Shown here in pieces: positions 46,948-57,362 of a stretch of DNA of 64,000 nucleotides. Made by a program: the position numbers and the translations under genes. The notes under the pieces were generated by a model, which was not told the DNA's origin, searched no databases, and saw only the letters and a list, made by a program, of their open reading frames with translations. Each line of letters opens with the position of its first letter. Position 1 is the first letter of the stretch. This DNA comes from Tagaea sp. CACIAM 22H2 (GTDB lineage: Bacteria > Pseudomonadota > Alphaproteobacteria > CACIAM-22H2): the NCBI GenBank assembly GCA_014444615.1, contig PVXE01000018.1, forward strand, positions 246-64,245. Reading direction: 5' to 3'.

Positions 46948-48639
46948 TCAGCGCGCTTGCGCGGCTTGGCGTTTCAGCGCCGCTTCGCGGATGGCGGTCA
47001 TCGTCGTGCGCGTGGTGATGATTTCGGGATCGATCTTCAGTGCCAGCAGCGCGGTGCGCCGTGCGGCGATGGCACGCTCCAGTGCCGGCATGAAATCCTC
47101 GGTCCGCGTCACTTCTTCGGCATGGGCGCCCAGCGATTTGGCGAGCCCGACGAAGTCGGGGCTCTTCAAATCCGTGCCAACGACGCGCGCGGGATGCTCG
47201 CGTTCCTGATGCATGCGGATCGTGCCGTAGATGCCGTTGTCGAACACAAGGATGATCGGCGATGCGCCATATTGCACGGCGGTCGCGATCTCCAGCCCCG
47301 ACATCATGAACCCGCCATCGCCGATCATGCCGAGCACGAGGCGATCGGGATGCACGAGCGACGCCGCGACGGCCGCCGGCACCGAATAGCCCATGGCGCC
47401 GGACGTCGGCCCGACCAAGCGCGCGGGGCGCTTGAACGGCAGGAAGCGCATCGGCCAGCCCGTGTGGTTGCCGGCATCGACCGTGACGACATAGCTTTCG
47501 ACGTGGCGCGACGTCGCGAGTTCGCGCATCGCGCGGCCCATATCGAGCTCGCCGTTATAGGGATTGGGCACGAGCGATTTTTCGAAATCGGCGCGCGCGG
47601 CTTGCGTCCATGCTTTCCACGGACGTGTTTCCAGCGGTTTCAGGGCGGCCGTGGCGAGCGCGAACGCGTTCGCGTCGGCGACGACGCCGACATCCGGGCG
47701 ATAGACGCGACCGAGTTCGTCCGGATCGGCGTGAATGTGAATGAGCGTTTGTTTGGGCTCCGGGCTTTCCAGCACGGTGTAGCCCTGCGTCGTCATCTCG
47801 CCCAGCCGCGCGCCGATCACCAGCAGCAAATCGGCTTCCTTGGCGCGTTTGACGAGTTCGGGCGGGCCCGACGTGCCGAGATCGCCGACATAAACGCGCG
47901 AATCGGGCGCGATCGCGTCCATGCGCCGGAACGACGCCGCCACCGGCAAATCGTTGGCCTCGGCGAAAGCTTGGATCGCGGCACCCGCCTCGTCCTGCCA
48001 GCCCGGCCCGCCGATGATGACCAGCGGGCGCTGGGCTTTGGCGAGGGCCGCTTGCACGCGCAGCAGATCGGAATGCGTCGGCGCGGGTTTGGCGACGCGA
48101 TAGGGTTCGGCGTCGCGCACCGTCACCACATCGGTCAGCATGTCCTCGGGCAACGCCAGCACGACCGGGCCGGGGCGGCCCGACGTCGCGGTGTGAAACG
48201 CGCGCGCCATATATTCGGGAATGCGCGACGCGTCGTCGATTTGTGCCGCCCATTTGACGACCGAGCCGAACATCTGCCGGTAGTCGATTTCTTGGAACGC
48301 TTCGCGATCCATCATGTCGCGGCCGACCTGGCCGACCAGCAGGATCATCGGCGTCGAATCCTGCATAGCCGTGTGCACGCCGACCGAAGCGTGCGTGGCA
48401 CCCGGCCCGCGCGTGACCATGCAAATGCCCGGCTTGCCGGTCAGCTTGCCATAGGCTTCGGCCATATTCGCCGCACCGGCTTCGTGTCGCGCGTTGATCA
48501 GGCGGATCGTGCGGCTGTCGTGCAGCGCGTCGAGCACTTCGAGATACGATTCCCCCGGCACGCAAAACGCCATATCGACGCCGTGAATCAGCAACTGATC
48601 GACCAGAACGCGGCCGCCGCTGCGCGGTTTGGGGGACAT
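46948..48639 (-). CDS. Thiamine-diphosphate-binding protein (acetolactate synthase large subunit-like)
   Basis: VPGESY, RHE, TRGPG and GDGGF...DN ThDP motif. Confidence 0.92.
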   Translation of the reverse strand: MSPKPRSGGRVLVDQLLIHGVDMAFCVPGESYLEVLDALHDSRTIRLINARHEAGAANMAEAYGKLTGKPGICMVTRGPGATHASVGVHTAMQDSTPMILLVGQVGRDMMDREAFQEIDYRQMFGSVVKWAAQIDDASRIPEYMARAFHTATSGRPGPVVLALPEDMLTDVVTVRDAEPYRVAKPAPTHSDLLRVQAALAKAQRPLVIIGGPGWQDEAGAAIQAFAEANDLPVAASFRRMDAIAPDSRVYVGDLGTSGPPELVKRAKEADLLLVIGARLGEMTTQGYTVLESPEPKQTLIHIHADPDELGRVYRPDVGVVADANAFALATAALKPLETRPWKAWTQAARADFEKSLVPNPYNGELDMGRAMRELATSRHVESYVVTVDAGNHTGWPMRFLPFKRPARLVGPTSGAMGYSVPAAVAASLVHPDRLVLGMIGDGGFMMSGLEIATAVQYGASPIILVFDNGIYGTIRMHQEREHPARVVGTDLKSPDFVGLAKSLGAHAEEVTRTEDFMPALERAIAARRTALLALKIDPEIITTRTTMTAIREAALKRQAAQAR

Positions 48640-48721
48640 GCGTTACCTCCGAAAAACAGAGCGGCAGTTAACAAGCGGGCCGCGATGGACGCAAGGGTCG
48701 CCGCAGGGCTATTTTGCCGCG

Positions 48722-49162
48722 ATGGACGAAATACCCGAATGGATGGCGCCCGCGGGCGACAGCGCGTTTCGCGACTTGATCGGCTACTTTCCCCGCGTTT
48801 GGCGGGAAAACTACGTGGAAATGGTGTTGGCGCTGGAAGAACGCCACCGCAACCGTTCCGGCATCGCGCATGGCGGCGTGGTGGCGACGATGGTGGACGT
48901 CGCCGGGGGATTCGCGGGCTGCTTCTGCCCGCATCCCGGCCGCGTACGCCGCGCCTCCACCCTGTCGCTGACGACGCAATTCATCGGGCCTGCGCGAATC
49001 GGCCGCACATTGATCGCGACGGGCCGCACACGGCCCGGCGGCAAGTCGATCTATTTCGCGACGATCGAAATCGTCGACGACGAAGGCAAGGCCGTGGCGA
49101 CGGGCGAAGCCGTTTACAAATACCGCCCCGGCAGCGAAACCTTGGAAGGCGTGGCGCGTTGA
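48722..49162 (+). CDS. PaaI-family hotdog thioesterase
   Basis: HRNRSGIAHGG...D motif. Confidence 0.88.
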   Translation: MDEIPEWMAPAGDSAFRDLIGYFPRVWRENYVEMVLALEERHRNRSGIAHGGVVATMVDVAGGFAGCFCPHPGRVRRASTLSLTTQFIGPARIGRTLIATGRTRPGGKSIYFATIEIVDDEGKAVATGEAVYKYRPGSETLEGVAR

Positions 49163-50055
49163 ACGACACATCTCGCGCGCCGGGGCTTGGCGTGATGGCG
49201 GTTGTGGTCGTGCTGTGCGCGATCTGGGGCGTCAATCAGGTCGCGATCAAATTCGGCAACACCGGCATTTCGCCGCTGTGGCAGGCGGCGCTGCGCTCCG
49301 CGGGCGGGGCGATCCTCGTGCTCCTCTGGGCGCGATTTCGCGGCATTCCGATTTTCGAGCGCGACGGCACGCTGGCGGGCGGGATCGCGGCCGGTCTGCT
49401 GTTCGGCACGGAATTCGGCCTGCTTTATTGGGCGATCGAATTCACCACGGCCGCGCGCTCGGTCGTGCTGCTCTATACCGCGCCGATCTCGCTGGCAATC
49501 GCGGCGCATTTCTTCCTGAAGGGCGACCGTTTGACGCCCCGGAAGATTCTCGGCCTGACCGCATGTTTCTTGGGCGTGGCGCTGTTGTTCGCGGATTCGC
49601 TGACCCTGCCCGACCGCAAAGGCCTGATCGGCGACGCGCTGGCTTTCGCCGCGTCGCTGTTTTGGAGTGCGTCGACCATTGTCATCAAACGTTCCAATCT
49701 CGCCACCGCGCGCGGGGAGAAGATTGGACTTTACCAATACGCGGTATCGGCCGTGCTGCTCGGTACGGTCGCATTGCTGATGGGCGAGCGCGGCATCTTC
49801 GATCCGACGCCGCTCGCGATCGGCGCCCTTGCCTTTCAGGTCGTGATCGTGGTGTTCGTCAGCTACACGATCTGGTTCGCGCTCGTGCCCGTCTATCGCG
49901 CCTCGTCGCTGGCGTCGTTCTCGTTCCTCACGCCCGTCTTTGGCGTGTTCGCGGCGCATCTGCTGCTGGGCGAGGAGTTGAAGCCCGTACTGGTGATGTC
50001 GCTCGCTTTGGTCGGGTTCGGCATCTGGACCGTCAACCGCCCGGCGAAAGCCTAA
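49159..50055 (+). CDS. DMT/EamA-family transporter
   Basis: IWGVNQVAIK and FLTPVFGV; TTG start overlapping the upstream stop. Confidence 0.88.
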   Translation: MNDTSRAPGLGVMAVVVVLCAIWGVNQVAIKFGNTGISPLWQAALRSAGGAILVLLWARFRGIPIFERDGTLAGGIAAGLLFGTEFGLLYWAIEFTTAARSVVLLYTAPISLAIAAHFFLKGDRLTPRKILGLTACFLGVALLFADSLTLPDRKGLIGDALAFAASLFWSASTIVIKRSNLATARGEKIGLYQYAVSAVLLGTVALLMGERGIFDPTPLAIGALAFQVVIVVFVSYTIWFALVPVYRASSLASFSFLTPVFGVFAAHLLLGEELKPVLVMSLALVGFGIWTVNRPAKA

Positions 50056-51200
50056 AGCCCCAGCTCGCGCAAAATCTCGTCGGTATGCTGGCCGAGTGTG
50101 GGTGCCGCGCGCGTCACGCGGGCGGGCGTGGCCGAAAGCTTGACCGGCGCCCCCAGGGTTTCGACGCGGCCAAGCGTTGGATGATCGGTCGCGACCACCA
50201 TCTCGCGCGCGCGGGTTTGCGGGTCGGCGAGCATGTCTTGGATCGACAGCACCGGTCCGGCCGGCATCCCCATCCGGTCGAACAGATCGAGCCACGCGGC
50301 GGTCGTGCGCGCGGCGAATAGCGGTGTCAGCGCATCGACCAACGCCGGCAGATTGCCCATGCGATCGGCATTGGTCGCGAAGCGCGGATCGGCGGCAAGT
50401 TGCGGTGCTTCCAGGCATTCGATCAGCTTCAGCCAGGATTTCTGGTTCGCGGCCCCGACATTGATCCAGCCGTCTTTGGTCGCGAAAGCCTGATAGGGCG
50501 CGTTCAACGGATGGCCCGAGCCGAGCGGCCCCGGCGACGCGCCGGTCGCCAGCGCGATCGCCGATTGCCAATAGGTCTGCACGATGCCCGCTTCGAACAG
50601 CGAAGTATCGACGAGCTGGCCCTCGCCCGTGCGCGTGCGCGCTTGCAACGCGGCAAGGATTCCCATCGCCGCGAGAATGCCCGCGGTGATGTCGGTGACG
50701 GGGGCGCCGACCTTCACGGGTGCCCGCCCCGGCCCTTCGCCGGTGATGCCCATCAAGCCCGACATGCCTTGCGCGACCAGATCGAAGCCGCCGCGCGCCG
50801 CGTAAGGGCCCGTGCGCCCGAAGCCCGACAGCGAGCAATAGATGAGGCGCGGATTGAGCGCATGCACCGCGTCGTAGCCGAAGCCGAGCTTGTCGAGCGT
50901 GCCCATCCGGTAATTCTCGATCAGCACATCGGCGGTGGACAGCAACCGGCGCAGCGCATCCTTGCCGTGCTCGGTTTTGAGGTCGAGGGCGATGCCGCGC
51001 TTGTTGCGGTTCATCATCAGGAAAGCCGCACTTTGGTCGCCGACCATCGGCGGCTGCATGCGCCGCGTATCGTCGCCGCCGGGCAGCTTTTCCACCTTGA
51101 TGACGTCCGCACCCAGATCGGCGAGCATCAAGCCTGCGACCGGCCCCGCCATAATATGGGCGAGTTCGACGACGCGAATTCCCGCGAGCGCGCCCGCCAT
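50052..51200 (-). CDS. CaiB/BaiF family III CoA-transferase
   Basis: LADLGADVIKVE, NRNKR and APTLGQHT. Confidence 0.94.
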   Translation of the reverse strand: MAGALAGIRVVELAHIMAGPVAGLMLADLGADVIKVEKLPGGDDTRRMQPPMVGDQSAAFLMMNRNKRGIALDLKTEHGKDALRRLLSTADVLIENYRMGTLDKLGFGYDAVHALNPRLIYCSLSGFGRTGPYAARGGFDLVAQGMSGLMGITGEGPGRAPVKVGAPVTDITAGILAAMGILAALQARTRTGEGQLVDTSLFEAGIVQTYWQSAIALATGASPGPLGSGHPLNAPYQAFATKDGWINVGAANQKSWLKLIECLEAPQLAADPRFATNADRMGNLPALVDALTPLFAARTTAAWLDLFDRMGMPAGPVLSIQDMLADPQTRAREMVVATDHPTLGRVETLGAPVKLSATPARVTRAAPTLGQHTDEILRELGL

Positions 51201-51201
51201 C

Positions 51202-52035
51202 TCAGCGGCCCTCGAAGCGCGGCGGGCGCTTTTCCAGGAACGCGCGATAGCCTTCCAGATAATCGCGCGTGTCGCAGTTCGCGAAGCCTTCGAGGTATTC
51301 GCGCTTTGTGAGCTTGCGCGGGTCCATCAGGCGCCGCGCGAATTTCTTGTGCCAGCGGTTGGACAATGGCGCGCCGGAAGCGATGCGCGCGGCGGCGGCG
51401 TAGGCTTCCTTCGTCACGTCCGCATCCGCCACGACGCGCGTGACGAGGCCCTTGTCCTTCGCTTCCGCCGCGCCGAACACCCGCGCTTCGAGCAGGATTT
51501 CCAGCGCCGTCGCGCGGCCGACCAGATCGATCAGCGCCGACAATTCCGGATACGCCATGATCACACCGATACGGTTAATCGGCACGCCGAAGCGGCTGGC
51601 CTCGCCGCAAATGCGCAAATCGCACATCGACGCGATCTCCAGCGAACCGCCGACGCACAACCCATGGATCATTGCGAGCGTGGGATGGCGGCAATCGCGG
51701 ATCGCGGCGAGTGTCGCGTGCATGATTTTGCCGTAGGCGACGGCGAGCTTCGTGGTCGCGCGCGTGCGCTCGAATTCCGAAATATCCGCGCCCGGCCCGA
51801 ACGCCTTTTCGCCTGCCCCGCGCAGCACGATGCAGCCGATATCGGCTTCCCGATGAAGCGCGCGCATCGTTTCGCCCAAGCTCTTCCAGCTCGCCTGACT
51901 CAAAGCGTTGAGCTTGTCGGGCCGGTTGAGCGTGACGGTGACGATGCGCGGATCGCCCGCCGCTTCGCGGTCGACCAGAATCAGTCCGTCTTTCGTCGAG
52001 ACGGTTTTCGGCGTGCTTCGTTTGGCGGCTGGCAT
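51202..52035 (-). CDS. Enoyl-CoA hydratase/isomerase family protein
   Basis: LNRPDKLNA, GADI and EKRPPRFEGR; GGAGGA SD before ATG 52035. Confidence 0.9.
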   Translation of the reverse strand: MPAAKRSTPKTVSTKDGLILVDREAAGDPRIVTVTLNRPDKLNALSQASWKSLGETMRALHREADIGCIVLRGAGEKAFGPGADISEFERTRATTKLAVAYGKIMHATLAAIRDCRHPTLAMIHGLCVGGSLEIASMCDLRICGEASRFGVPINRIGVIMAYPELSALIDLVGRATALEILLEARVFGAAEAKDKGLVTRVVADADVTKEAYAAAARIASGAPLSNRWHKKFARRLMDPRKLTKREYLEGFANCDTRDYLEGYRAFLEKRPPRFEGR

Positions 52036-52060
52036 CGATGGTCCTCCCCGCTGCCACATT

Positions 52061-52093
52061 AAAGAAAAAGGGCGGCGCTTGGAAACGCCGCCC
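52061..52093 (-). terminator. Rho-independent terminator of the flagellin gene
   Basis: GGGCGGCG-loop-CGCCGCCC followed by TTTTTCTTT on the minus strand. Confidence 0.85.
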
Positions 52094-52134
52094 CGAAGTT
52101 TGGGAGAGGAGGAGAGGAGAAAACGTACTGGGGA

Positions 52135-52953
52135 CTAACGCACGGCACCGAGAATGAGCTGCGGCTGCTGGTTGGCGATCGAAAGGGACTGCACGGCGAG
52201 CTGTTGGCGGACCTGCAGCGACTGCGTCGAGGCCGAGGCCTTGCCGATATCGGCATCGACCATGGCGCCCATACCCGTCGTCGTCGCATCGATGACCGAG
52301 TTGAGCAGGTCGCTTTGCAGGCGCAGCGTGCGGCTATCGGCCGCCGCCCCGCCCAACGCCGCCGAAACCGCGTTGCCGAAGGTCGAGAGCGACGTGAGGG
52401 CCGCCGTCGCCGACGTGACCGACGAAACCGACGACGCCGCGAAGGTCGTGAACGCGGTATGGACGGTCGAGCGGCTGGACATCGTGATCGTCGTCGCGTT
52501 GACGTCGGCGAGGAAGGTTTTGGCCGCCGAGTTGTTCGACAGCAGGTTCACGCCGTTGTAGTTCGCCTGGCGGATGAACGTCGAAATCTGGTTCGTCATC
52601 GCGCCGAAATCGGCGGCGTAGATCGTGCGTTGGCTGTTGCTGATCGAGCCGTCGGCGAGCTGCGTGATCTTGGCCTGAAGGTTTCCGACCAGGTTCGAGA
52701 TATTGGTCAGCGCCGCGTCGGTCACGGCACCCAGGCCCGTGCCGTTGGTGATCGACGCCTGCACCGCCTGAAAGGCCTGCAGATTGCCCCGGATGCCCTG
52801 CGCGACCGTGAAGGTCGACGAATCGTCCATCGCATCGGCAACGCGATAGCCGGTCTGGACCTGCTTAGACGCGGTGGCGAGCATCGAACCCGCCGTGCGC
52901 AGCGACCCAAGGGCGACCATCGCGCTGAGATTGGTGTTGATCGAGTTGGACAT
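52135..52953 (-). CDS. Flagellin (short, 272 aa)
   Basis: SINTNLSAM, TGYRVADAMDD, ANYNGVNLL, MVDAD and QSLSIANQ. Confidence 0.94.
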   Translation of the reverse strand: MSNSINTNLSAMVALGSLRTAGSMLATASKQVQTGYRVADAMDDSSTFTVAQGIRGNLQAFQAVQASITNGTGLGAVTDAALTNISNLVGNLQAKITQLADGSISNSQRTIYAADFGAMTNQISTFIRQANYNGVNLLSNNSAAKTFLADVNATTITMSSRSTVHTAFTTFAASSVSSVTSATAALTSLSTFGNAVSAALGGAAADSRTLRLQSDLLNSVIDATTTGMGAMVDADIGKASASTQSLQVRQQLAVQSLSIANQQPQLILGAVR

Positions 52954-52992
52954 AACAGGCTCCGTGAAGGGGGTGTTCTTTCCCAACACTCC

Positions 52993-53117
52993 GCAAATCA
53001 TACGCCAACATTAATATTGTTTAAAAACAAATACTTAACTTAGTGAAATAGCATACCAGGGGCAGTTTCTGCCGGGCAGAACCGGCAACTACGGTCCCGC
53101 AACGGAAAATTTTACCG
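52993..53117 (-). promoter_or_regulatory. sigma54 promoter with IHF-like site and ftr-like (FlbD) enhancers
   Basis: TGGCGT-ATGAT-TTGC (53007-52993); AT tract with AAACAA-N4-TTA (53025-53037); GGCAG-TTT-CTGCC (53061-53073); CGGAAAATTTTACCG (53103-53117). Confidence 0.75.
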
Positions 53118-53189
53118 ACGGGAACACGCCGTCTCGCCAAGGCCAAAGCCATGCAATAAGAAGGGCGCGCCAGACATCCGGGAGTCGCC

Positions 53190-53879
53190 ATGAACAAGGA
53201 CGAGATCGCCAAAACCGCCGCCCGCATCCTGATCGAAACCCAAGCGATCCATTTCAACGTCGCCAAGCCCTATATCTTCACCTCGGGCTGGGCGTCGCCG
53301 ACCTATTGCGATTGCCGGCGGCTGATCTCGTTCCCGCGTGCGCGCGCCAAGCTGATGGATATGGCGGTCGAAACGATCCAGCGCACGATCGGTTTCGACA
53401 GCTTGGATGCCGTCGCCGGCGGCGAAACGGCCGGCATTCCCTTCGCGGCCTGGATCGCCGAGCGCCTGGAATTGCCGATGCTCTATGTGCGCAAGAAGCC
53501 CAAGGGCTTCGGGCGCAACGCGCTGATCGAAGGCAAGATCGTCGAAGGTTCGCGCGTGCTGCTGGTCGAGGATCTCGCGACCGACGGCAAGTCGAAGCTC
53601 CATTTCGTCAACGGGCTGCGCGAGGCGGGCTGCCAGGTGGCGCACAGCTTCGTCGTGTTCCATTACGGCATCTTCCCGGAAAGCGTCTCCGCGCTCGCCA
53701 AGGAAGGTGTCGCGCTGCACGAACTCGCCACGTGGTGGGACGTGCTGAAGGAAGCCGAAGCGCAAGCCGTGTATCCCGCCGCCGAACTCGCCGAAGTGCG
53801 CAAATTCCTCGAGAACCCGGCGGATTGGTCCTACGCCCATGGCGGCGTGGGCCGCGACGGCAAGAAGAAAGGCGAGTAG
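53190..53879 (+). CDS. pyrE: Orotate phosphoribosyltransferase
   Basis: TSGWASPTYCDCR, YVRKKPKGFG and LLVEDLATDG. Confidence 0.93.
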   Translation: MNKDEIAKTAARILIETQAIHFNVAKPYIFTSGWASPTYCDCRRLISFPRARAKLMDMAVETIQRTIGFDSLDAVAGGETAGIPFAAWIAERLELPMLYVRKKPKGFGRNALIEGKIVEGSRVLLVEDLATDGKSKLHFVNGLREAGCQVAHSFVVFHYGIFPESVSALAKEGVALHELATWWDVLKEAEAQAVYPAAELAEVRKFLENPADWSYAHGGVGRDGKKKGE

Positions 53880-53888
53880 GCTTTCGGG

Positions 53889-55535
53889 ATGCGCGTCGCC
53901 GCCCTCGCCTTCGCCCTGCTCGCTTTGGCCTTCCCGGCCAAAGCAAAGGACGAATTGACGGTCGGCCTGTCGCAATTCCCCGCGACCTTCCATCCGATGA
54001 TCGATTCGATGGCGGCCAAGAGCTACGTGCTCGGCATGGTCCGCCGTCCGATGACGACCTACGACAAGGATTGGAAACTCGTCTGTCTGATGTGCGTGGA
54101 ATTGCCGACCGTCGAAAACGGCGGCGCCAAGCGCGTGACCTTGCCCGACGGCAAGGAAGGCATGGAAGTCACGTTCCGCATCAAGCCGGACGCGACTTGG
54201 GGCGACGGCAAGCCGGTCGTCGCCGACGACGCGTTGCTGACCTGGGAAATCGGCAAGCATCCGCGTTCGGGCGTAACGTCGGGCGAAGGCTATCGACGCA
54301 TCCTGAAGATCGAAACGCCCGATCCCAAAACGCTGATCTTCACCTCCGACCGCGTCACCTTCACCTACAACGATTTCAGCCAATACGATTTCATCCCGGC
54401 GCATCTGGAACGCGCGCGTTTCGAACAAGACCCCGAGACCTATCGCCGGCGCACGGGATACGACACCGATACCGCCAATCCGGGCCTCTATAACGGGCCC
54501 TATCGCATCACCAACGTGCAGCCGGGCGCTTCGATCACGCTGGAGCCCAATCCGCATTGGGCCGGCAGGAAGCCGCATTTCAAACGCATCTTCGTGCGCG
54601 TGATCGAGAATTCGGCGGCGCTGGAGGCCAATCTTCTCTCGGGCTCGATCGATTACGTCGCGGGCGAGCTCGGCTTCACGCTCGATCAGGCTTTGGCGCT
54701 GGAAAAGCGCCAAGCCGCGCGCTTCGATTTCAACTACGTTCCGTCGCTGCTCTACGAGCATATCGACTTCAATCTCGATCACCCGATCCTGAAAGATGCG
54801 CGCGTGCGCCGCGCGATGGTGCATGCGCTGGACCGCGAGGCGCTGACGCGCCAATTGTTCGAGGGCAAGCAGCGCGTGGCGCATTCCTTCATGGGCCCAC
54901 GCGATCCGATGTCGGCGCCCGACGTACCGGTGCTCGGCTTCGATTTGGCGCGCGCGCAAGCGCTGCTGGCCGAAGCGGGGTTCGATCGCGTGGTCAACGG
55001 CATTCGCCAGAACGCGGCGGGCGAGCGCCTGTCCTTCGAATTCGGCACCACCGCCGGAAACCGGCTTCGCGAAACGGTGCAGCAGGCGCTGCAAAGCCAA
55101 TGGCGGCGTGCCGGGATCGAAGTGCGTATCCGCAACGAACCGCCGCGCGTGTTCTTCGGCGACGGCACCTCCAAGCGCCGTTTTCAGCTCGCGATGTATG
55201 CGTGGTTCTCCGCGCCCGAATCGGTGCCGCGCACCACGCTGCATTCGGAGATGATCCCCAGCGAAGCCAATGGCTGGCAGGGCCAGAATTATCCCGGCGT
55301 GCGCGAGCCCGAGATCGACGCGGCGATCGACGCGCTGGAGCGCGAGCTCGATCCCGCCAAGCGCAAGCCGATCTGGGCGCGCATCCAAACGCTCTACGCC
55401 CAGAACGCCTGGGTGCTGCCGCTCTATTTCCGCGCCGATCCGTTCGTGATCCCGAAATGGCTGACCGGGATCGAGCCGACGGGCCATCAGTATTATTCGA
55501 CGCTCGGCGTCGAAAATTGGCGCCCGCGCAACTAG
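53889..55535 (+). CDS. Peptide/nickel-type ABC binding protein (family 5)
   Basis: Signal peptide, WGDGKPV, NGPY and DARVRRAM. Confidence 0.92.
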   Translation: MRVAALAFALLALAFPAKAKDELTVGLSQFPATFHPMIDSMAAKSYVLGMVRRPMTTYDKDWKLVCLMCVELPTVENGGAKRVTLPDGKEGMEVTFRIKPDATWGDGKPVVADDALLTWEIGKHPRSGVTSGEGYRRILKIETPDPKTLIFTSDRVTFTYNDFSQYDFIPAHLERARFEQDPETYRRRTGYDTDTANPGLYNGPYRITNVQPGASITLEPNPHWAGRKPHFKRIFVRVIENSAALEANLLSGSIDYVAGELGFTLDQALALEKRQAARFDFNYVPSLLYEHIDFNLDHPILKDARVRRAMVHALDREALTRQLFEGKQRVAHSFMGPRDPMSAPDVPVLGFDLARAQALLAEAGFDRVVNGIRQNAAGERLSFEFGTTAGNRLRETVQQALQSQWRRAGIEVRIRNEPPRVFFGDGTSKRRFQLAMYAWFSAPESVPRTTLHSEMIPSEANGWQGQNYPGVREPEIDAAIDALERELDPAKRKPIWARIQTLYAQNAWVLPLYFRADPFVIPKWLTGIEPTGHQYYSTLGVENWRPRN

Positions 55536-55536
55536 G

Positions 55537-56511
55537 ATGCTCCGCCACGCGGTCACGCGCCTGATCCAAGGTTTGCTGGTTCTGACCGCCGCGAGTTTCG
55601 CGATCTACGTGCTGCTAGGGCTTATGCCCGGCGATCCGGTCGATCTGATCGCCTCGGGCAATCCCAATTTCACCCCCGACGATCTGCGCAATTTGCGCGA
55701 ACTTCACGGGCTCGACCGGCCGCTGGTCGACCGTTATTTCGACTGGGCGGCGGCGGCGCTATCGGGCGATCTTGGCTACAGCCGCACGTTCTCGCGCCCC
55801 GTGCTGGCGACGATACCGCCCTTCCTGGCCAACACCGCCGCGCTGATGCTCGCGTCGTTCTTGATCGCGCTGGCGCTCGGCATCGCGCTGGGCCTCGCGG
55901 CCGCGGCCAATCGCGGCGGCGCGATCGATACGGCGATCAACGCCTTCGCCTTCGTCTCGGCCGCGACGCCGACCTTCTGGCTGGCGCTGCTGATGATCGT
56001 GTTGTTCGCGGTCACGCTGGGCTGGCTGCCCGCCAGCGCCTTGCCCCCACCGGGCGAAGACGGCATTTGGGACAAAATCCGCCATTTGATCTTGCCGGTC
56101 ACGACTTTGGCCTTGGTCGAAGCGGGCGAATACGCGCGCCATATGCGCGCGGCTGCCATCGACGCGCTGGCGCAGGATTGGGTGCGCACCGCGCGCGCCA
56201 AGGGGGCCTCGCGAACGCGCGTGGTGCTGGGCCATGTGTTGCGCAACGCGCTGGTCCCCGTCGCGACCGTGGCGGCGCTGGGCTTCGGCGGATTGTTTTC
56301 GGGCGCGCTCGTCACCGAAACGATCTTCGCCTATCCCGGCATGGGCAAGCTCATCTACGATTCGATCATGGCGAGCGATTTCAATCTGGCGCTGGCCTGT
56401 TTGCTGATGGCGTCGGCCTTGGTGATCGCGGCGAATTTCGCGGCCGATATGGTCTATGCCGCCCTCGATCCGCGCATCGGCTTCGGGCGCGCGCGCGGCG
56501 ACGACACATGA
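55537..56511 (+). CDS. Peptide ABC permease (DppB-like)
   Basis: MPGDP, GDLGYS, RTARAKG and ETIFAYPGMG. Confidence 0.92.
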   Translation: MLRHAVTRLIQGLLVLTAASFAIYVLLGLMPGDPVDLIASGNPNFTPDDLRNLRELHGLDRPLVDRYFDWAAAALSGDLGYSRTFSRPVLATIPPFLANTAALMLASFLIALALGIALGLAAAANRGGAIDTAINAFAFVSAATPTFWLALLMIVLFAVTLGWLPASALPPPGEDGIWDKIRHLILPVTTLALVEAGEYARHMRAAAIDALAQDWVRTARAKGASRTRVVLGHVLRNALVPVATVAALGFGGLFSGALVTETIFAYPGMGKLIYDSIMASDFNLALACLLMASALVIAANFAADMVYAALDPRIGFGRARGDDT

Positions 56512-57362
56512 CCGGCCCCGAGAAACGCTTGGCGCTCGCGGGAACGGTCATCGCCGTCGTGGCGCTGGCTGCCCTCGCCGCCCCGCTGATCGGCTGGATC
56601 GTCGAATACGATCCGTTCGAGACCGATCTGCTGCGCCGCTATTCGCCGCCGTCCTTCGCCAACCCGCTGGGCACGGACGAGCTGGGCCGCGACGTGGCGA
56701 TGCGTTTGCTGTTCGGGGCGCGCGTGTCGCTCGCCGTCGGCCTTGCGGCGGCACTCGCCGCCAGCACCATCGGCACAGCGATCGGCTTGATCGCCGGCTA
56801 TTTCGGCGGGCGCATCGATCAAATTCTGATGCGCGTGACCGACGCGGTGCTGTCGCTGCCCGTGCTGCCGGTGCTGATCGTGCTGGCCGCGGTCGATCTG
56901 GGCAAATTGGGTTTGCCCGAAGGCGAAGCGTCGAGCCTTGCGCGCATCGTCGTCATCGTCGCGGCGTTCGGCTGGCCCAAAGTCGCACGGCTGGTGCGCG
57001 GCCACGCGCTGGCGCTGCGCGAACGCGATTTCGTGCGCGCGGCGCGTGCGCTCGGCGCCGGCCCCTGGCGGATCATGTGGGCGCATATTCTGCCGAACTG
57101 CGCGACGCCGATCCTGATTGCGACGGCGCTCGCCGTCGGCGGCACGATCCTTTACGAAAGCGTGCTGTCGTTCTTGGGGCTCGGCATCCAGCCGCCGATC
57201 CCAAGCTGGGGCAATATGCTGACCGGCGCGCAGGAAACGATCGTCCAAGCGCCGTGGCTCGCCTTATGGCCGGGAATCGCGATCCTGATCACGGTCGCGG
57301 CGATCAATCTTCTCGCCGACGCCGTTCAGGATCGCTTCGACCCGCGCCGCCGTAAGGCTTAG
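56508..57362 (+). CDS. Peptide ABC permease (DppC-like)
   Basis: LGTDELGRD, LSFLGLG and SWGNML. Confidence 0.92.
   Translation: MTGPEKRLALAGTVIAVVALAALAAPLIGWIVEYDPFETDLLRRYSPPSFANPLGTDELGRDVAMRLLFGARVSLAVGLAAALAASTIGTAIGLIAGYFGGRIDQILMRVTDAVLSLPVLPVLIVLAAVDLGKLGLPEGEASSLARIVVIVAAFGWPKVARLVRGHALALRERDFVRAARALGAGPWRIMWAHILPNCATPILIATALAVGGTILYESVLSFLGLGIQPPIPSWGNMLTGAQETIVQAPWLALWPGIAILITVAAINLLADAVQDRFDPRRRKA

Noticed and set aside
46855..50055. 1066-aa plus-strand ORF
   Set aside because: Only 49159-50055 (DMT transporter) is protein-like; the rest shadows the ThDP enzyme and thioesterase genes.
53011..53038. CtrA box upstream of flagellin
   Set aside because: TTAA spacings are N6 and N10, not N7; better explained as an IHF/AT tract.
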